Below are positions 19,324-28,886 of a DNA stretch of 54,551 nt, piece after piece (positions within the stretch are counted from its first letter, which is position 1; each line of letters opens with the position of its first letter). This DNA comes from a virus (Duplodnaviria > Caudoviricetes). The DNA is taken from positions 1-54,551 of the IMG/VR virus record IMGVR_UViG_3300012231_000002. One strand, 5' to 3'. The notes beneath the pieces are model-generated. The model was not told the DNA's origin and searched no databases. It saw nothing but the letters and a program-made list of their open reading frames with translations. The translations under genes and the position numbers were made by a program.

Positions 19324-19771
19324 ATCGGGTCTCCGATGTAGGGATGTAAAGTTCTAGTATACGCTGATGGTCGGGTCCAACCCAGCCCTCTGGCTTCAGT
19401 TGTTTCCCGTCTGCGCGCTTTGGGCCATCCAGCTTTCGCATGTTGGCCCGGTGAACCTCATCGAAGTGACGTTGAAGGTCAATGTCTGCATTGACGGCCC
19501 CTCCGGCGACGACATAGGTCAGGTCGCAGAGGCCGTCGATGTATTCGAGTAGGTTCATTTTGGGCCAGTACTTGCGGAAGAGCGTGTCGTGGTTGTGGTC
19601 GGTGTTGTCGTAGACCCCAGCGGATACGTCGAAACCGAGTGCCGCTACGGTCTCGACAGCCTCTTCCATGATGAGGCGGGCGCGGAGGCGCTGTCCGTCA
19701 CGGGTGTAGATCGTTCCACGTCCGCCTGTCTTCTCGTGGAAGTCTGCTACGGCCTCTTGGAATGGGTTCAT
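19262..19771 (-). CDS. MazG-like / PRA-PH nucleoside triphosphate pyrophosphohydrolase
   Basis: V.DFH, RARLIMEEAVE, DGLCDLTYV, EVHRANMRK..G.KRADGK.LKPEGW..PD; start at MNPFQE with RBS GGAG. Confidence 0.88.
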   Translation of the reverse strand: MNPFQEAVADFHEKTGGRGTIYTRDGQRLRARLIMEEAVETVAALGFDVSAGVYDNTDHNHDTLFRKYWPKMNLLEYIDGLCDLTYVVAGGAVNADIDLQRHFDEVHRANMRKLDGPKRADGKQLKPEGWVGPDHQRILELYIPTSETRYVQPQHNCSCGGKSGESCCG

Positions 19772-19779
19772 GTCATCTC

Positions 19780-19926
19780 CTAGTAGTAGTCCGAGCAGGA
19801 CAGGAAGTATCCGCACTCGCAGATGAGTTTGCACTTCATCTCTGTCAGGGTATTACCACAGTTGGGACAGGTCAGGATCAGTTCTTCTGGTTCATCGTGT
19901 GAGTTCTCGGTATCGTTTGATTCCAT
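19780..19926 (-). CDS. 48-aa zinc-finger microprotein (CPNCG...[18 protein letters not shown])
   Basis: Read directly; below the ORF-track cutoff; CPxCG-type pattern. Confidence 0.75.
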   Translation of the reverse strand: MESNDTENSHDEPEELILTCPNCGNTLTEMKCKLICECGYFLSCSDYY

Positions 19927-20134
19927 TGGGGGTCAGGCGGATATTCGTCAGGTTTCTACCCGCCGAATGCAAATTCCGCCGCGTCTTGAACGTTGTAAGA
20001 CCGTCTTTCTCTAGTCGATACAGGGTGTGGACGATCGAGTGTTCGTCCGTCTCGGCTGCCTGTTGGAGTTGTCGCGGGCGTTCGACCACTGTCAGGCCGA
20101 TGCCCATGATTACTCGTTCTTTCACGGTGTTCAC
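19892..20134 (-). CDS. Winged-helix (MarR-like) DNA-binding protein
   Basis: [24 protein letters not shown]...IRLTPNG. Confidence 0.6.
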   Translation of the reverse strand: MNTVKERVIMGIGLTVVERPRQLQQAAETDEHSIVHTLYRLEKDGLTTFKTRRNLHSAGRNLTNIRLTPNGIKRYRELTR

Positions 20135-20351
20135 AGCAAAGGTGCTCCATTGTCCGAAGGAGGACACCGAACTCTTCCTTCGTGGCGGGGCGGTAGCGTC
20201 GCTCTGCTACCTTGATCCTGACTGCGGTGTGGTTCGGGTGATAGACTTCTGTGTCGTGGCATACGGCGCAGGAGATTAGCACGCGAGCCCAGTCAGTCTG
20301 GTGTGCGGTTATTGTCCACTGGTGTTGGTGGGCCGTTTTTCTTGCTGCCAT
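19956..20351 (-). CDS. Hypothetical protein (H.H.W...CAVC)
   Basis: Fills the gap, but its 3' part overlaps the wHTH gene. Confidence 0.4.
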   Translation of the reverse strand: MAARKTAHQHQWTITAHQTDWARVLISCAVCHDTEVYHPNHTAVRIKVAERRYRPATKEEFGVLLRTMEHLCCEHRERTSNHGHRPDSGRTPATTPTGSRDGRTLDRPHPVSTRERRSYNVQDAAEFAFGG

Positions 20352-20438
20352 CGTCTGTTCTCTAGGTTCCGGCAGCGAGAGCAACCGGGCTTGTTGTCGT
20401 GGGGCTTCTCTAGTCCGCACTCGCAGTAGATAGGACCC

Positions 20439-20855
20439 TTAGTCATAGTAGTGGGCCTTCCTGTTTACGGGTACCAGCGGTTTGGGTGCGGCCTCCACGT
20501 TGGGGGCTTCAATCTCTTCGATGATGGCTTGGGCGTAGGCGATGAGGTTGTTGAGGGCGATGGGATCGTTTTCCCACTGTCCGAGGTACTTGTTGCAGAG
20601 GTAGCAGAGGAGGGCTCCCCGTACGCGATTGGAGAGATGGGAGTGATCAACGGCTAGTCTCCTAGTGACGGCTCGGCGCATACAGATAGCGCAGCGTCCG
20701 TCTTGTGCGTCCAGCATGGCTTTGTACTGTCCGGGTTCAAGTCCGTATGTCTTGACAACATACCTGTCGTGAACCCGATCTGCCTTCTCTTTTGCTAGGG
20801 CCTTCGCCGCAGCCTTAGAGGCTCTGGATGTAGGCGATGGCCTTGGACTTGACAT
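20439..20855 (-). CDS. Recombination endonuclease VII-family protein
   Basis: YGL....Y.AML.AQDGRCAIC...LAVDHSH...VRG.LLC..CN. Confidence 0.9.
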   Translation of the reverse strand: MSSPRPSPTSRASKAAAKALAKEKADRVHDRYVVKTYGLEPGQYKAMLDAQDGRCAICMRRAVTRRLAVDHSHLSNRVRGALLCYLCNKYLGQWENDPIALNNLIAYAQAIIEEIEAPNVEAAPKPLVPVNRKAHYYD

Positions 20856-21675
20856 CGTTCTTCACCAGTTGAAGCTGGTTGATATAGTCGGCCTTCTCGG
20901 CTGCCCATGTGGCCTCGGCTGCGACCTTGGCAGCAGCAGCAGCGGCAGCGATGGCCTCGTCGTACTGCTTCTGAGTGAAGATGGGCGTGTCGGGTACCGG
21001 TGGCGGCACCGGGACTGGTTGCTGCTTCAGGATAGCGCCCCATGTCTTGATGCCTGCCACGTAGTTTGCTCGTGGGAAGCCGATCGTGTCCTTCTCCCAC
21101 GGACGCCAGCACGTAGGCTTCAGTTTGCCCGCGATGTTGTGGTGGTCGATGATGTGATGACCGTCCACGGGAATCTTGGCAATCTCTCGGATCAGGATGG
21201 GACCATTGGTGTCCCAATCACGGAGTCGGATACCAGCAGCCTTCCACTCGGCAAGCGTACCGTACCGGAGTAGGGCCTGTAGCTTCTGGCTGGCCTCCTG
21301 AACGTCGGCTCGCACCACGCCCTTGCCCTGCCCGCTGCCGTGGTCCTGATGTTCGATGCTGATTGTCTGCGGGTTGACCTCGGTGGTCTTGTATCCCCAG
21401 TCATCCCACGTACCGCTCGGGTCGTAGTTTCCATTGCCGAAGGCGGTGTCGTCCAGTGGGACGTACTGCGAGATTTTGACCACGCCGTTGTCGTAGAATC
21501 CGATGCCGAAGTGCGTGGACACTGGTCGGTTTGGATGCTGAAAGTAGGCGTCTGTGCCCGCAAGGAACCCCACCATTCGGTGGTTCACAAAGGCTCGTAC
21601 CGGTTCGGTCCTGCCCTCGGTGTAGAACTCAGCCTTCTTGAAGGTGATTGTCGGGAGTTTCAGATCACTGAGCAT
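20815..21675 (-). CDS. N-acetylmuramoyl-L-alanine amidase (endolysin)
   Basis: VNHRMVG, STHFGIG, QYVPL.DTAFGNG, TISIEH, IIDH..I, K.TC; ATG overlaps the upstream TAA. Confidence 0.85.
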   Translation of the reverse strand: MLSDLKLPTITFKKAEFYTEGRTEPVRAFVNHRMVGFLAGTDAYFQHPNRPVSTHFGIGFYDNGVVKISQYVPLDDTAFGNGNYDPSGTWDDWGYKTTEVNPQTISIEHQDHGSGQGKGVVRADVQEASQKLQALLRYGTLAEWKAAGIRLRDWDTNGPILIREIAKIPVDGHHIIDHHNIAGKLKPTCWRPWEKDTIGFPRANYVAGIKTWGAILKQQPVPVPPPVPDTPIFTQKQYDEAIAAAAAAAKVAAEATWAAEKADYINQLQLVKNDVKSKAIAYIQSL

Positions 21676-23246
21676 TAGAAGGTCACTCCGTTTTCTTCTT
21701 CGTCCGCGATGCTGGCCCACAGGTCATCACCGGCCTTAGGAATTCCAACGGTCTCAGTGGCCGCTGGTGTCATGCTATATTCTACCACGCCTGACAACCA
21801 GTCAACGTCCTCGGGGTCGGGTTCGACCTGACGCTGAAGGAATTCCTGTCTGACCTGAGCCGGGTCGATGTAGATTTGCTGACCCTGCTTGTGGGGGCGG
21901 CGCTTCTTGAAGCCCAGCACATCCAGATGCTTGCCTAGTGTCCTTGTCTTGTAGTACTCCTTCGCGTCCTCTTCGATGTACTGGGTGACGACCTCGTGGA
22001 TGGTTTTGAGGGGGTACCAGTGTTCGTCGTATGGATGACACGTAGCCAGAACGCGAGGCAGTGTGCGCAGAACCAGTCGGATGCGGTCTGTCGCATCGGC
22101 TTGCTTCTGAGACTCGGCGAAGTATTCGGTGAAGAATTTGATGAGAGCCTCACAGCGGGTACCTCCATCGTGTCGGTCCAGATAGTCTGCCAGAATGATA
22201 TACGATTGTGTGATCTGCCAGTGGCGAGACTTCAGGTCGGGGGCCCGTTCGAAGCGTAGAAGCTCGTTCCACTCGTCGGCGATAGCCTTGACTTCCTTCT
22301 GGCTGGTCATCATCCAGAGGTACAGGCGGTCGCGGAGGACTTGCCAGCGCGGGTTGGCTCGTTCGAAACCGGGGATGGCGCGCAGGGCTGGGCGCATGGC
22401 AACGATCACGCAGCGGGACCCGAGTACTTGGTCAAGGGGGTTGATGCTGGCGATAGCTTTGGGACCGTAGACCTCGTAGGGGACCACGATGAACCGGTCG
22501 CCCGGTCCTTTCTCCGTGCGTGTGGCGGTGGAGCCGTCGAGGTAGCCCGCGTTGAGGATGCGACGGAGCGCTTCACCACGCTCACCGTCGAAGCCCTCTG
22601 CCTCATCCACGCACACCACACCGGGGTCACCGGCGATGGTCCTGAACAGTGAAGGCTCGCTCATGGATGAGGACCAGATGGTGTTGAAGGCAAGGGCGTC
22701 AATGATGTTCAGGTTTTGGCTCTTGCCGCTGGCTGCCGTGCCATTGAAGTGGACGTAGCCGATCGCACCGAAGAGTCGGAACATGTAGGAGCCCATCACG
22801 AAGAGCGGCATCATGTCGTAGTACTCGGGCCGTGCGAACTCGATGTACTCGCGGTACACATCCTTCAACCCGTTGAACAGGGTAACAGGGTGGGGCTGGT
22901 CAGCCTCTCCGTTGAGGAAGGTCCGCATGGCGTCCATAGACCAGCGTGCCTTCTGTGGCTGCACTACGGTCTGGGGCCAGCCGAAGCCCTTCTCTGCCAC
23001 GCGGTCGGGGGTGTACGCGAAGTGGGTCCGGTCGCTGGTGATGCAGCCGATACCCAATTCCTTGGTTGCTTCGTCCTTGGCGTCCTTGCCCCTGCCCACC
23101 TTCTTGATGACGTTCAGCCACATGGGGATTGTCAGGTAGGTCACACCGTCCTTGTAGTCGGTGCCGGGGCGCAGGATATCGACCTCTTCCCACGCGAACT
23201 CGTCCAGTACAGTGAAGCCCTTTGCTTCCAGTTCCTCGGCAGACAT
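21675..23246 (-). CDS. P-loop ATPase / helicase-like replication protein (DUF3631-like)
   Basis: Walker A GTAASGKS, Walker B VCVDEAE, ILNAGY, SRC; adjacent to the primase. Confidence 0.75.
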   Translation of the reverse strand: MSAEELEAKGFTVLDEFAWEEVDILRPGTDYKDGVTYLTIPMWLNVIKKVGRGKDAKDEATKELGIGCITSDRTHFAYTPDRVAEKGFGWPQTVVQPQKARWSMDAMRTFLNGEADQPHPVTLFNGLKDVYREYIEFARPEYYDMMPLFVMGSYMFRLFGAIGYVHFNGTAASGKSQNLNIIDALAFNTIWSSSMSEPSLFRTIAGDPGVVCVDEAEGFDGERGEALRRILNAGYLDGSTATRTEKGPGDRFIVVPYEVYGPKAIASINPLDQVLGSRCVIVAMRPALRAIPGFERANPRWQVLRDRLYLWMMTSQKEVKAIADEWNELLRFERAPDLKSRHWQITQSYIILADYLDRHDGGTRCEALIKFFTEYFAESQKQADATDRIRLVLRTLPRVLATCHPYDEHWYPLKTIHEVVTQYIEEDAKEYYKTRTLGKHLDVLGFKKRRPHKQGQQIYIDPAQVRQEFLQRQVEPDPEDVDWLSGVVEYSMTPAATETVGIPKAGDDLWASIADEEENGVTF

Positions 23247-24082
23247 TAGAGGAACTTCCTTCCCGTCATATCTCGGTGGTGGGCGAGGTCTTCACTGTCT
23301 CCGTGTGCTTCGCAGCCGTAGCAGTGGAAAGAGTTGTCGCTGATGTACAGTACCATAGACGGACCGGGGTCGTGGTGGAAGAAGCAGTTCGTTGCGTAGA
23401 GTGCGCCGTGTGAGACCACAGTGCCGCCGAGACTCTCCACCACCAGCAGGATGTCTCGTCGCCCAAGTTGTCGGCGGGCGGCACTATCCATGGCGATAAT
23501 CTCATCGCCGTTCTGGATAACGACCCTCTTCTGTGCTACTCGTGCTTCTGGTTTGAGGATTACTGCCTGAAGAACTTCAGGTACCAGAGGAAGGGGTCGC
23601 GAGTCATCCCGCTCCGCATCCCAATCATAGACTCGCCCGGATGGGTGGACCGAAGGTGGTGCGACCACGTATCCGCCAGCGCCACGATAATCGCAGTGGC
23701 CTCCGAACAGTCCTGCTCGATTGCGTCCCGATTGGAGTGGCTGAAAGTATAGGTGCGTACCCTTCCCTGTTCGGACCACCGGACCAGTGTGTCGGTAATC
23801 CATCCCGAGAAGTTCTTGCAGGGCGGGCACTGACTTGGGTCCGTCGATGTCCAGTACGTCAAATCCCACTCCTGTAGAGAGGCCGATGTTTGCGTCTGGG
23901 AACAGTTGCCACCATTGCAGCACTTGTGTTCGGTCGGTGCTGGCATCAAGAAATCCCCTTGTACCCTTCAGTGGTGCCTTGTCGCGTGGGATCAGGGGGA
24001 AGACAGGCCAGCCCCTCGCCGCATACCTTTCGGCGGCGGCGAGGAACTGGTTGCTTCCCCTAGAACGGGAGGTCATCGCCAT
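23246..24082 (-). CDS. Bifunctional DNA primase/polymerase with C-terminal CHC2 zinc finger
   Basis: GWPVFPL, DASTD, ANIGL.TG, VLDID, RTGKGTHLYF, GGYVVAPPSVHPSG; CFFH.D..PS...FHCYGC. Confidence 0.92.
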   Translation of the reverse strand: MAMTSRSRGSNQFLAAAERYAARGWPVFPLIPRDKAPLKGTRGFLDASTDRTQVLQWWQLFPDANIGLSTGVGFDVLDIDGPKSVPALQELLGMDYRHTGPVVRTGKGTHLYFQPLQSGRNRAGLFGGHCDYRGAGGYVVAPPSVHPSGRVYDWDAERDDSRPLPLVPEVLQAVILKPEARVAQKRVVIQNGDEIIAMDSAARRQLGRRDILLVVESLGGTVVSHGALYATNCFFHHDPGPSMVLYISDNSFHCYGCEAHGDSEDLAHHRDMTGRKFL

Positions 24083-24950
24083 CGTCAGGACCGTCCGTTG
24101 CCGGAACAGTTCCCTCCGATAGCGCGGGAAGCTCTTCTCCGAGTTCGATGTGAACTGGCTTGAATGCGATTACCGTCCAGACGATGGACGGATCGCTTTC
24201 ACTACGGGTCTGGATGAGGTAGACATCAGCGACCACACCGCCCAGCCGCAGCGCCGTCATGGCGTTGAGGATTGCCTGAGCCTGTGCGTCCTTGCCGCCT
24301 CCTGCCTCAATGACCTGAGCGAGAGCCAGTTCAGCAAGCTGAACGATGAAGTTCTTGTCCTGAACAACACCGCCACTCGGGTTCTTGGTGGAGCCACGCC
24401 AGTCGAGCGCACTGGTCGTGGACATGGATAGTGTGTAGACCGGCTCTTCGCCTGTCATCTTCCCGTCTTCGGGGAGAATCTGGACCTGAACGTCGGCCTT
24501 GAATTGACCGCGACCACCCGTTAGGCGGCAGAGGTCGTCGTACACGTCGAGGTTGGCCCACTCGTCGGCTGCCTGTTCGGCAGGGTCATCGTACTTCTTG
24601 ACGAACTTCTTTTCGAGGTCCGGGCGTCCGATGCGACGGGGGTCGATTGCCTTGTTCTTCTCTTCTGCCGCGAGGTAGAAGGCGTTGTAGTAGATGGGTG
24701 GCTTGACGATGCGGACTGTCATCGTGGGTCCGCGCTTCGACGGGGGCCAAGACTCTTCGTCTGGTGTTCCTTCATCGGTGATGAGGGACCCGCCCTTCAG
24801 GCTCATGCGCCTGAAGTTACTTGCGCTGGGGGTCGGGAGCATACCTGACTGGCCCAGCATGGCCATCAGTTCATCGTGGTCGAGGCTCGCTGGAACGACC
24901 GCCGTGACGGGCGTTCCGGCAGGGCCTCGGCTCGGTGCCTTAGCTGCCAT
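24060..24950 (-). CDS. ssDNA-binding/annealing-like protein
   Basis: Acidic C-terminal tail DDGDDLPF; located in the replication cluster. Confidence 0.55.
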   Translation of the reverse strand: MAAKAPSRGPAGTPVTAVVPASLDHDELMAMLGQSGMLPTPSASNFRRMSLKGGSLITDEGTPDEESWPPSKRGPTMTVRIVKPPIYYNAFYLAAEEKNKAIDPRRIGRPDLEKKFVKKYDDPAEQAADEWANLDVYDDLCRLTGGRGQFKADVQVQILPEDGKMTGEEPVYTLSMSTTSALDWRGSTKNPSGGVVQDKNFIVQLAELALAQVIEAGGGKDAQAQAILNAMTALRLGGVVADVYLIQTRSESDPSIVWTVIAFKPVHIELGEELPALSEGTVPATDGPDDGDDLPF

Positions 24951-25374
24951 CTGTATCTTCCTCTTCAGTTGTCGTCTCTTCGGTTGGGAAGAGTGGGGTG
25001 GGTTCTGCTTCTCCGAGGTACTCACCGGTCGGACCGACGAGTTCCTCACCATCTTCCCCATTTCCCATCAGGATCGACGGGTCGAAACCCTGTCGCTGTG
25101 CCTGTTGGGCGTCCCACTGGGTCTGCCATGCGTGGTACTGGAAGGCGAGTTCGAGTGTCTTGGCGAGTGTTGCTTCTGACAGACGAGTTGTCTGTCGCTG
25201 ACGAACGATCAGGTCGTTCATTCCAACGAACCGATCGGCAATGGTGGGTTCCTGCGGGGGCTCGGGTGGAGGCAGAATCTCTGGTTCTGTCTCGGCCTGA
25301 GCCTCGGCATTCTTGGCGACTAGAGCGTCAACGACCTCTTGGTCGGTCAACCCATGCTTGGGCTTGCGGGGCAT
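24940..25374 (-). CDS. Hypothetical acidic protein
   Basis: RBS AGGAG; fills the gap. Confidence 0.6.
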   Translation of the reverse strand: MPRKPKHGLTDQEVVDALVAKNAEAQAETEPEILPPPEPPQEPTIADRFVGMNDLIVRQRQTTRLSEATLAKTLELAFQYHAWQTQWDAQQAQRQGFDPSILMGNGEDGEELVGPTGEYLGEAEPTPLFPTEETTTEEEDTDGS

Positions 25375-25382
25375 TGTATCTC

Positions 25383-26432
25383 CTATTCGGTTGGGGGTGA
25401 GGTTTGCGCCCTTAGTTTAGCGGCTTCGAAATCTGTGACAAGAGAAGATTGGCACCTGTCTCGGAAGCCGCACCACGAACAGGTAATTGGATTGTCCGTG
25501 GGCACGAACACGTTATGTCGGATGCCGTTTTCGATCTGCTCCATCTGAAATGCAAGTCTACGTGCTCGGTTTTCGAAATGTTCGGGGGTCATCAGGTCTG
25601 GTTCACGCGACATTGGGGTCATGTCCGGGCCATCCTTGGTGTTACCCGGTGTGAACATCTTGTACCCAAGGTGGGTGGGCCACAGTCCAGTGATCTTCTT
25701 CACGACGAGGCCGTAAAGTGATAGCTGGGAAGAGAGGTTGACTTCGCCTTGGGACCTCTTCTTGGCTACGAACTTGTAGTCGTCCACGCCCATGCGGACC
25801 ATGCCCTTGTTGGGGACTACGATCTTGCCGAAGTCATCGAACAGTACGTCGATCTTCCCGTTGACAATCCTGATGGGTGTCTCTAGCGGCTCGGGAAGGT
25901 ACTCGTTGATGTCGAGGTTGAATTCCAGTTCGGCTGCGAGCGGGCGAATGGTCGGCGCATCACGGGTCTGGAACACACGGGTAGCCGCGAGGAATTTGTC
26001 CTTGGTTTCTCCCGGCTCGACATCCTTCTCGTACTCGGATGGAGGCATGGCTGACAATTCGTGGTCCATGAAGTCCGAGGCCCATTGGACTACTTCATCG
26101 GGCTTCACGGTCTCGCCGTTCTTCAACTTCCGCTTGACGGCCTTCTCTAGTGCCGAGTGTCCACCCTTACCGATGGCGAGGGAGACCTTGGGCTTGTCCT
26201 TCAGGCCGAGTTTGTAGCGGAACATGTACTGCATGGAGCAGCGGCGGTACATTTCAGCTTGGGAGTTGGAGAGATGGGGGAAGTCCACCCTTCTCTCTGG
26301 GGTGTCACCGGCCTCGACCTCAGGTGCTCCTTCGGCTCTGAGCGCGGCGATGACTTTGGCGGGGAGCGAGATTTCTCTAGGCATACCTAGAGTATCGGTT
26401 GGCTTCTCGTTTGAAACAAGGCGCTTTGCCAT
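25383..26432 (-). CDS. PD-(D/E)XK Cas4/RecB-like exonuclease
   Basis: HLSNSQ..MY..C, G..GH, GKIDV, DDYK, QLSLYG, CSWCGFRDRC. Confidence 0.88.
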   Translation of the reverse strand: MAKRLVSNEKPTDTLGMPREISLPAKVIAALRAEGAPEVEAGDTPERRVDFPHLSNSQAEMYRRCSMQYMFRYKLGLKDKPKVSLAIGKGGHSALEKAVKRKLKNGETVKPDEVVQWASDFMDHELSAMPPSEYEKDVEPGETKDKFLAATRVFQTRDAPTIRPLAAELEFNLDINEYLPEPLETPIRIVNGKIDVLFDDFGKIVVPNKGMVRMGVDDYKFVAKKRSQGEVNLSSQLSLYGLVVKKITGLWPTHLGYKMFTPGNTKDGPDMTPMSREPDLMTPEHFENRARRLAFQMEQIENGIRHNVFVPTDNPITCSWCGFRDRCQSSLVTDFEAAKLRAQTSPPTE

Positions 26433-26433
26433 G

Positions 26434-26913
26434 TTACATGCCTGTGACTGGATCAGGGTTGGTGATCCTTGCTTGCCAGTCTTGGGTGTTCCAAGGGTCT
26501 TTTTCTTGGAGCATGTTCATGTAGTTGGGGGTAATACCCTGATCTGCTGCGATACGCAGGCAGTTGGGGCATTCAATTGGTGTGTAGTAGCGTCCTGCGT
26601 GGGCGAATTGGAGATTGGGCCAGCGGCTCTTGCTCTTGATTCGTCCACAGAGCGGAGTCAGAACTTGTTCTGGGGTCTGGGGGGCAAGGTTCCAGCCTTG
26701 CCATGGGGTCCAGTACGCTCGATTGTCTCTTCGGGTGTACTGGTTTTCTTCTCCGGGTGTGACCATTGGCGGTGGGGTTCCGCGTTCGCGGAGGGTTAGA
26801 TGGGACACGTTCATGTTATCGACTCGACCCAGCGGGGTTCCGTTTCCACCTGTGATCGTGGCCCAGACCCATGCTTCGACACCAACGATTGTGATGCCGT
26901 GCAGTGCTTTCAT
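26434..26913 (-). CDS. MxxLHxI-motif protein (MKALHGI...), with Cys motifs
   Basis: RBS AAGGAG; PLCG...CPNC. Confidence 0.7.
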   Translation of the reverse strand: MKALHGITIVGVEAWVWATITGGNGTPLGRVDNMNVSHLTLRERGTPPPMVTPGEENQYTRRDNRAYWTPWQGWNLAPQTPEQVLTPLCGRIKSKSRWPNLQFAHAGRYYTPIECPNCLRIAADQGITPNYMNMLQEKDPWNTQDWQARITNPDPVTGM

Positions 26914-26991
26914 GCTGTCTCCTTGCGGTAGAACAGCACTCTACGTGAAATTTCGTCAGCTAGATAACGTGATACAAATAGAACGCATGTT

Positions 26992-27174
26992 CTACTGGGA
27001 TGGTAGGGGTTTCGCTCGTGCGAGAATGTCGTGTAGACGATCTGAGTCGTCGTAGGTGATGTACTTGGTCTCGATTCGGTAAACCTCGTTTGAGATTTTC
27101 CGAGCGAGTAATTTGAGGAAGATCAGTTCTTCTTCGGTGAGTCGAACGCCTTCGATCTGGTGAAGACTGTTCAC
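26992..27174 (-). CDS. MxxLHxI-motif protein (MNSLHQIEG..., 60 aa)
   Basis: GTG overlaps the ThiF stop (GTGA). Confidence 0.7.
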   Translation of the reverse strand: MNSLHQIEGVRLTEEELIFLKLLARKISNEVYRIETKYITYDDSDRLHDILARAKPLPSQ

Positions 27175-27884
27175 TTCACCCAGCCTTCCCATGTCCTCAT
27201 ATCGACATGGTTCACCTGACCCTTGGCTAGATCGAACTGAAGTTCGGTCCAGCCGGGGTTTCGCCACTCTCCGGTGTGGAAGCGCCACAACGCAGCAAGC
27301 ATCCAAGCGGCTGCTTGCTGATTGGCGAGGATCAGTTGTCCGCCACCGGGGAGTGCTGCTGCCTGCGCACATGTCATGGCGGCGCGGTCGTCCTTGGAGA
27401 TAAATCGGATTTCGGGGTGCATGAACGTGATCGGGGGTGTGGCGTTCTGCCCGTTTTCGCGAACGTAGAGTTGGACGTTGCCGTCTGACAACTCGTTGCC
27501 TGCGTTGATGACGACCACGTTGGGCAGCTCGGCAGCGCGTTCGGCCACCAGCGCGCGGACGGAGTGGTTGTCCGCAGCGATGAAGACAGTATCGCCTTCC
27601 TGCATCATCTCGGCGAGGTCCACCTTACCGATGAACTTTGGGACCGCGATGACCGGGAAGCGGTTGTACATCCTCGCCATGGCCTCGGCCTTGTTGGCGG
27701 TCACGTAACCCGGTTCGAAGAGTTGGCGTTCGAGGTTGCCGATGTCGTAGTTGTCACCGTCTACGATGGCGAACTGCCACTCTTCGTTGTCCCTGTTCCG
27801 GTGATGGGTTTCGAGGTAGGCCAGTGCTGGGGCAATGAAGTGGCTTCCGGTGCCACCAGCGCCGATGAGAATGTATGAGTTCAT
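27171..27884 (-). CDS. ThiF/E1-like ubiquitin-activating enzyme
   Basis: IGAGGTGS, IVDGD...NLERQ, NKAEAMA, AADN, INAGN, candidate catalytic Cys in AMTCAQ. Confidence 0.92.
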   Translation of the reverse strand: MNSYILIGAGGTGSHFIAPALAYLETHHRNRDNEEWQFAIVDGDNYDIGNLERQLFEPGYVTANKAEAMARMYNRFPVIAVPKFIGKVDLAEMMQEGDTVFIAADNHSVRALVAERAAELPNVVVINAGNELSDGNVQLYVRENGQNATPPITFMHPEIRFISKDDRAAMTCAQAAALPGGGQLILANQQAAAWMLAALWRFHTGEWRNPGWTELQFDLAKGQVNHVDMRTWEGWVK

Positions 27885-28396
27885 TGGGGTCCTCTATCGT
27901 AGTCGCAGTTTTCACACCATTGACCGTCGTCTTGGTATTCGCCGTCGCCGTTTACCCAAACGTGACCGTCTTGTTCGCATCGGTCGCGACGGGTGACTAC
28001 CTTGATAGCGTCAAGGTCTAGTGGTGGAAGCGCGGTGACGTTTTCGGTTGATCGGCGGGCGATATCTACGAGATATTCTTCTCCACCGGTCCACCACTCG
28101 CTGTCGAGCCAGTTTTCGCCTTCGGTGTTTCGTCGGGTGAATTCCATCTGTTCGCGGTAGTACTGGGTGGCCTGTGTTGGCGTCATCCATGTACCTTCGC
28201 GGTGGTAGTCATCATCCTCTCGGGGGTGGATGATGTATCGCTGGTGGGTGATCTGCTCCTCCCACAACCCGAGTGGATAGCCATTCTCGGTCCAGCGGTC
28301 CAGAAGGGTGCCACGACCGTCTCTGATCAGGTCTTCTGTGATATACGGGAGTCCGTCATATCGTAGAGTGCCCTTGATTTCGTGGAGCCCTTTCAT
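27881..28396 (-). CDS. MxxLHxI-motif protein (MKGLHEIKG...), C-terminal C...GH.W...CENC
   Basis: RBS AAGGAG; ATGA overlap with ThiF. Confidence 0.75.
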   Translation of the reverse strand: MKGLHEIKGTLRYDGLPYITEDLIRDGRGTLLDRWTENGYPLGLWEEQITHQRYIIHPREDDDYHREGTWMTPTQATQYYREQMEFTRRNTEGENWLDSEWWTGGEEYLVDIARRSTENVTALPPLDLDAIKVVTRRDRCEQDGHVWVNGDGEYQDDGQWCENCDYDRGPQ

Positions 28397-28404
28397 ATTT
28401 CTCC

Positions 28405-28686
28405 TTACTTCGTGACGAAATGGACCTCCGACATTCGCTTTTGGGCGATTTCGGCGTACTTGTCGCGAAGGTTTTGTGTGTCTCGGTAGCGTGGCTGAAT
28501 ACGGGCCCAGCCGGGTCGCTGCCAGTATTGAAGGTCGGTGTTTCGGTAGAATTCGGGAATGATGTAGCCGCGCTTGGGCGTGGTTCGAACGCGGACTTCG
28601 TGGCCCTCGTTCAGCATTCGACCAATAGAGGCTAAGTCGATAGAGGATAGTTGTGGCACGCTGATGATGCCGTGCAGGGGCTTCAT
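28405..28686 (-). CDS. MxxLHxI-motif protein (MKPLHGI..., 93 aa)
   Basis: ATGA overlap with the upstream gene. Confidence 0.7.
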   Translation of the reverse strand: MKPLHGIISVPQLSSIDLASIGRMLNEGHEVRVRTTPKRGYIIPEFYRNTDLQYWQRPGWARIQPRYRDTQNLRDKYAEIAQKRMSEVHFVTK

Positions 28687-28886
28687 CCGTTCTTGCCGTA
28701 TCGTTCGATGTAGGTTTCCATTTGATTTCTGGCGTCCTCCATCGTCTGATACGCCCTCCATGTTATGTCTTTTTCTGTGCGCTTGTATTCGAGATGTCCT
28801 TTGTTGTCTCGGAACTCGTATCCGGCGTTTTTCGTGGTGAACCATTCCAAGACATTGGAATTGTCGATGGCGTGTAGCGTGATCAT
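28683..28886 (-). CDS. MxxLHxI-motif protein (MITLHAID..., 67 aa)
   Basis: ATGA overlap with the upstream gene. Confidence 0.7.
   Translation of the reverse strand: MITLHAIDNSNVLEWFTTKNAGYEFRDNKGHLEYKRTEKDITWRAYQTMEDARNQMETYIERYGKNG

Noticed and set aside
25383-26432. Cas4-like gene as evidence of CRISPR
   Set aside because: No repeat-spacer array or other cas genes were seen; such nucleases are common phage recombination proteins
27171-27884. ThiF as a thiamine/molybdopterin or microcin C-type RiPP enzyme
   Set aside because: No cofactor-pathway genes or short precursor peptide were found; context with E2, JAB and Ubl favours conjugation, though this is not formally excluded
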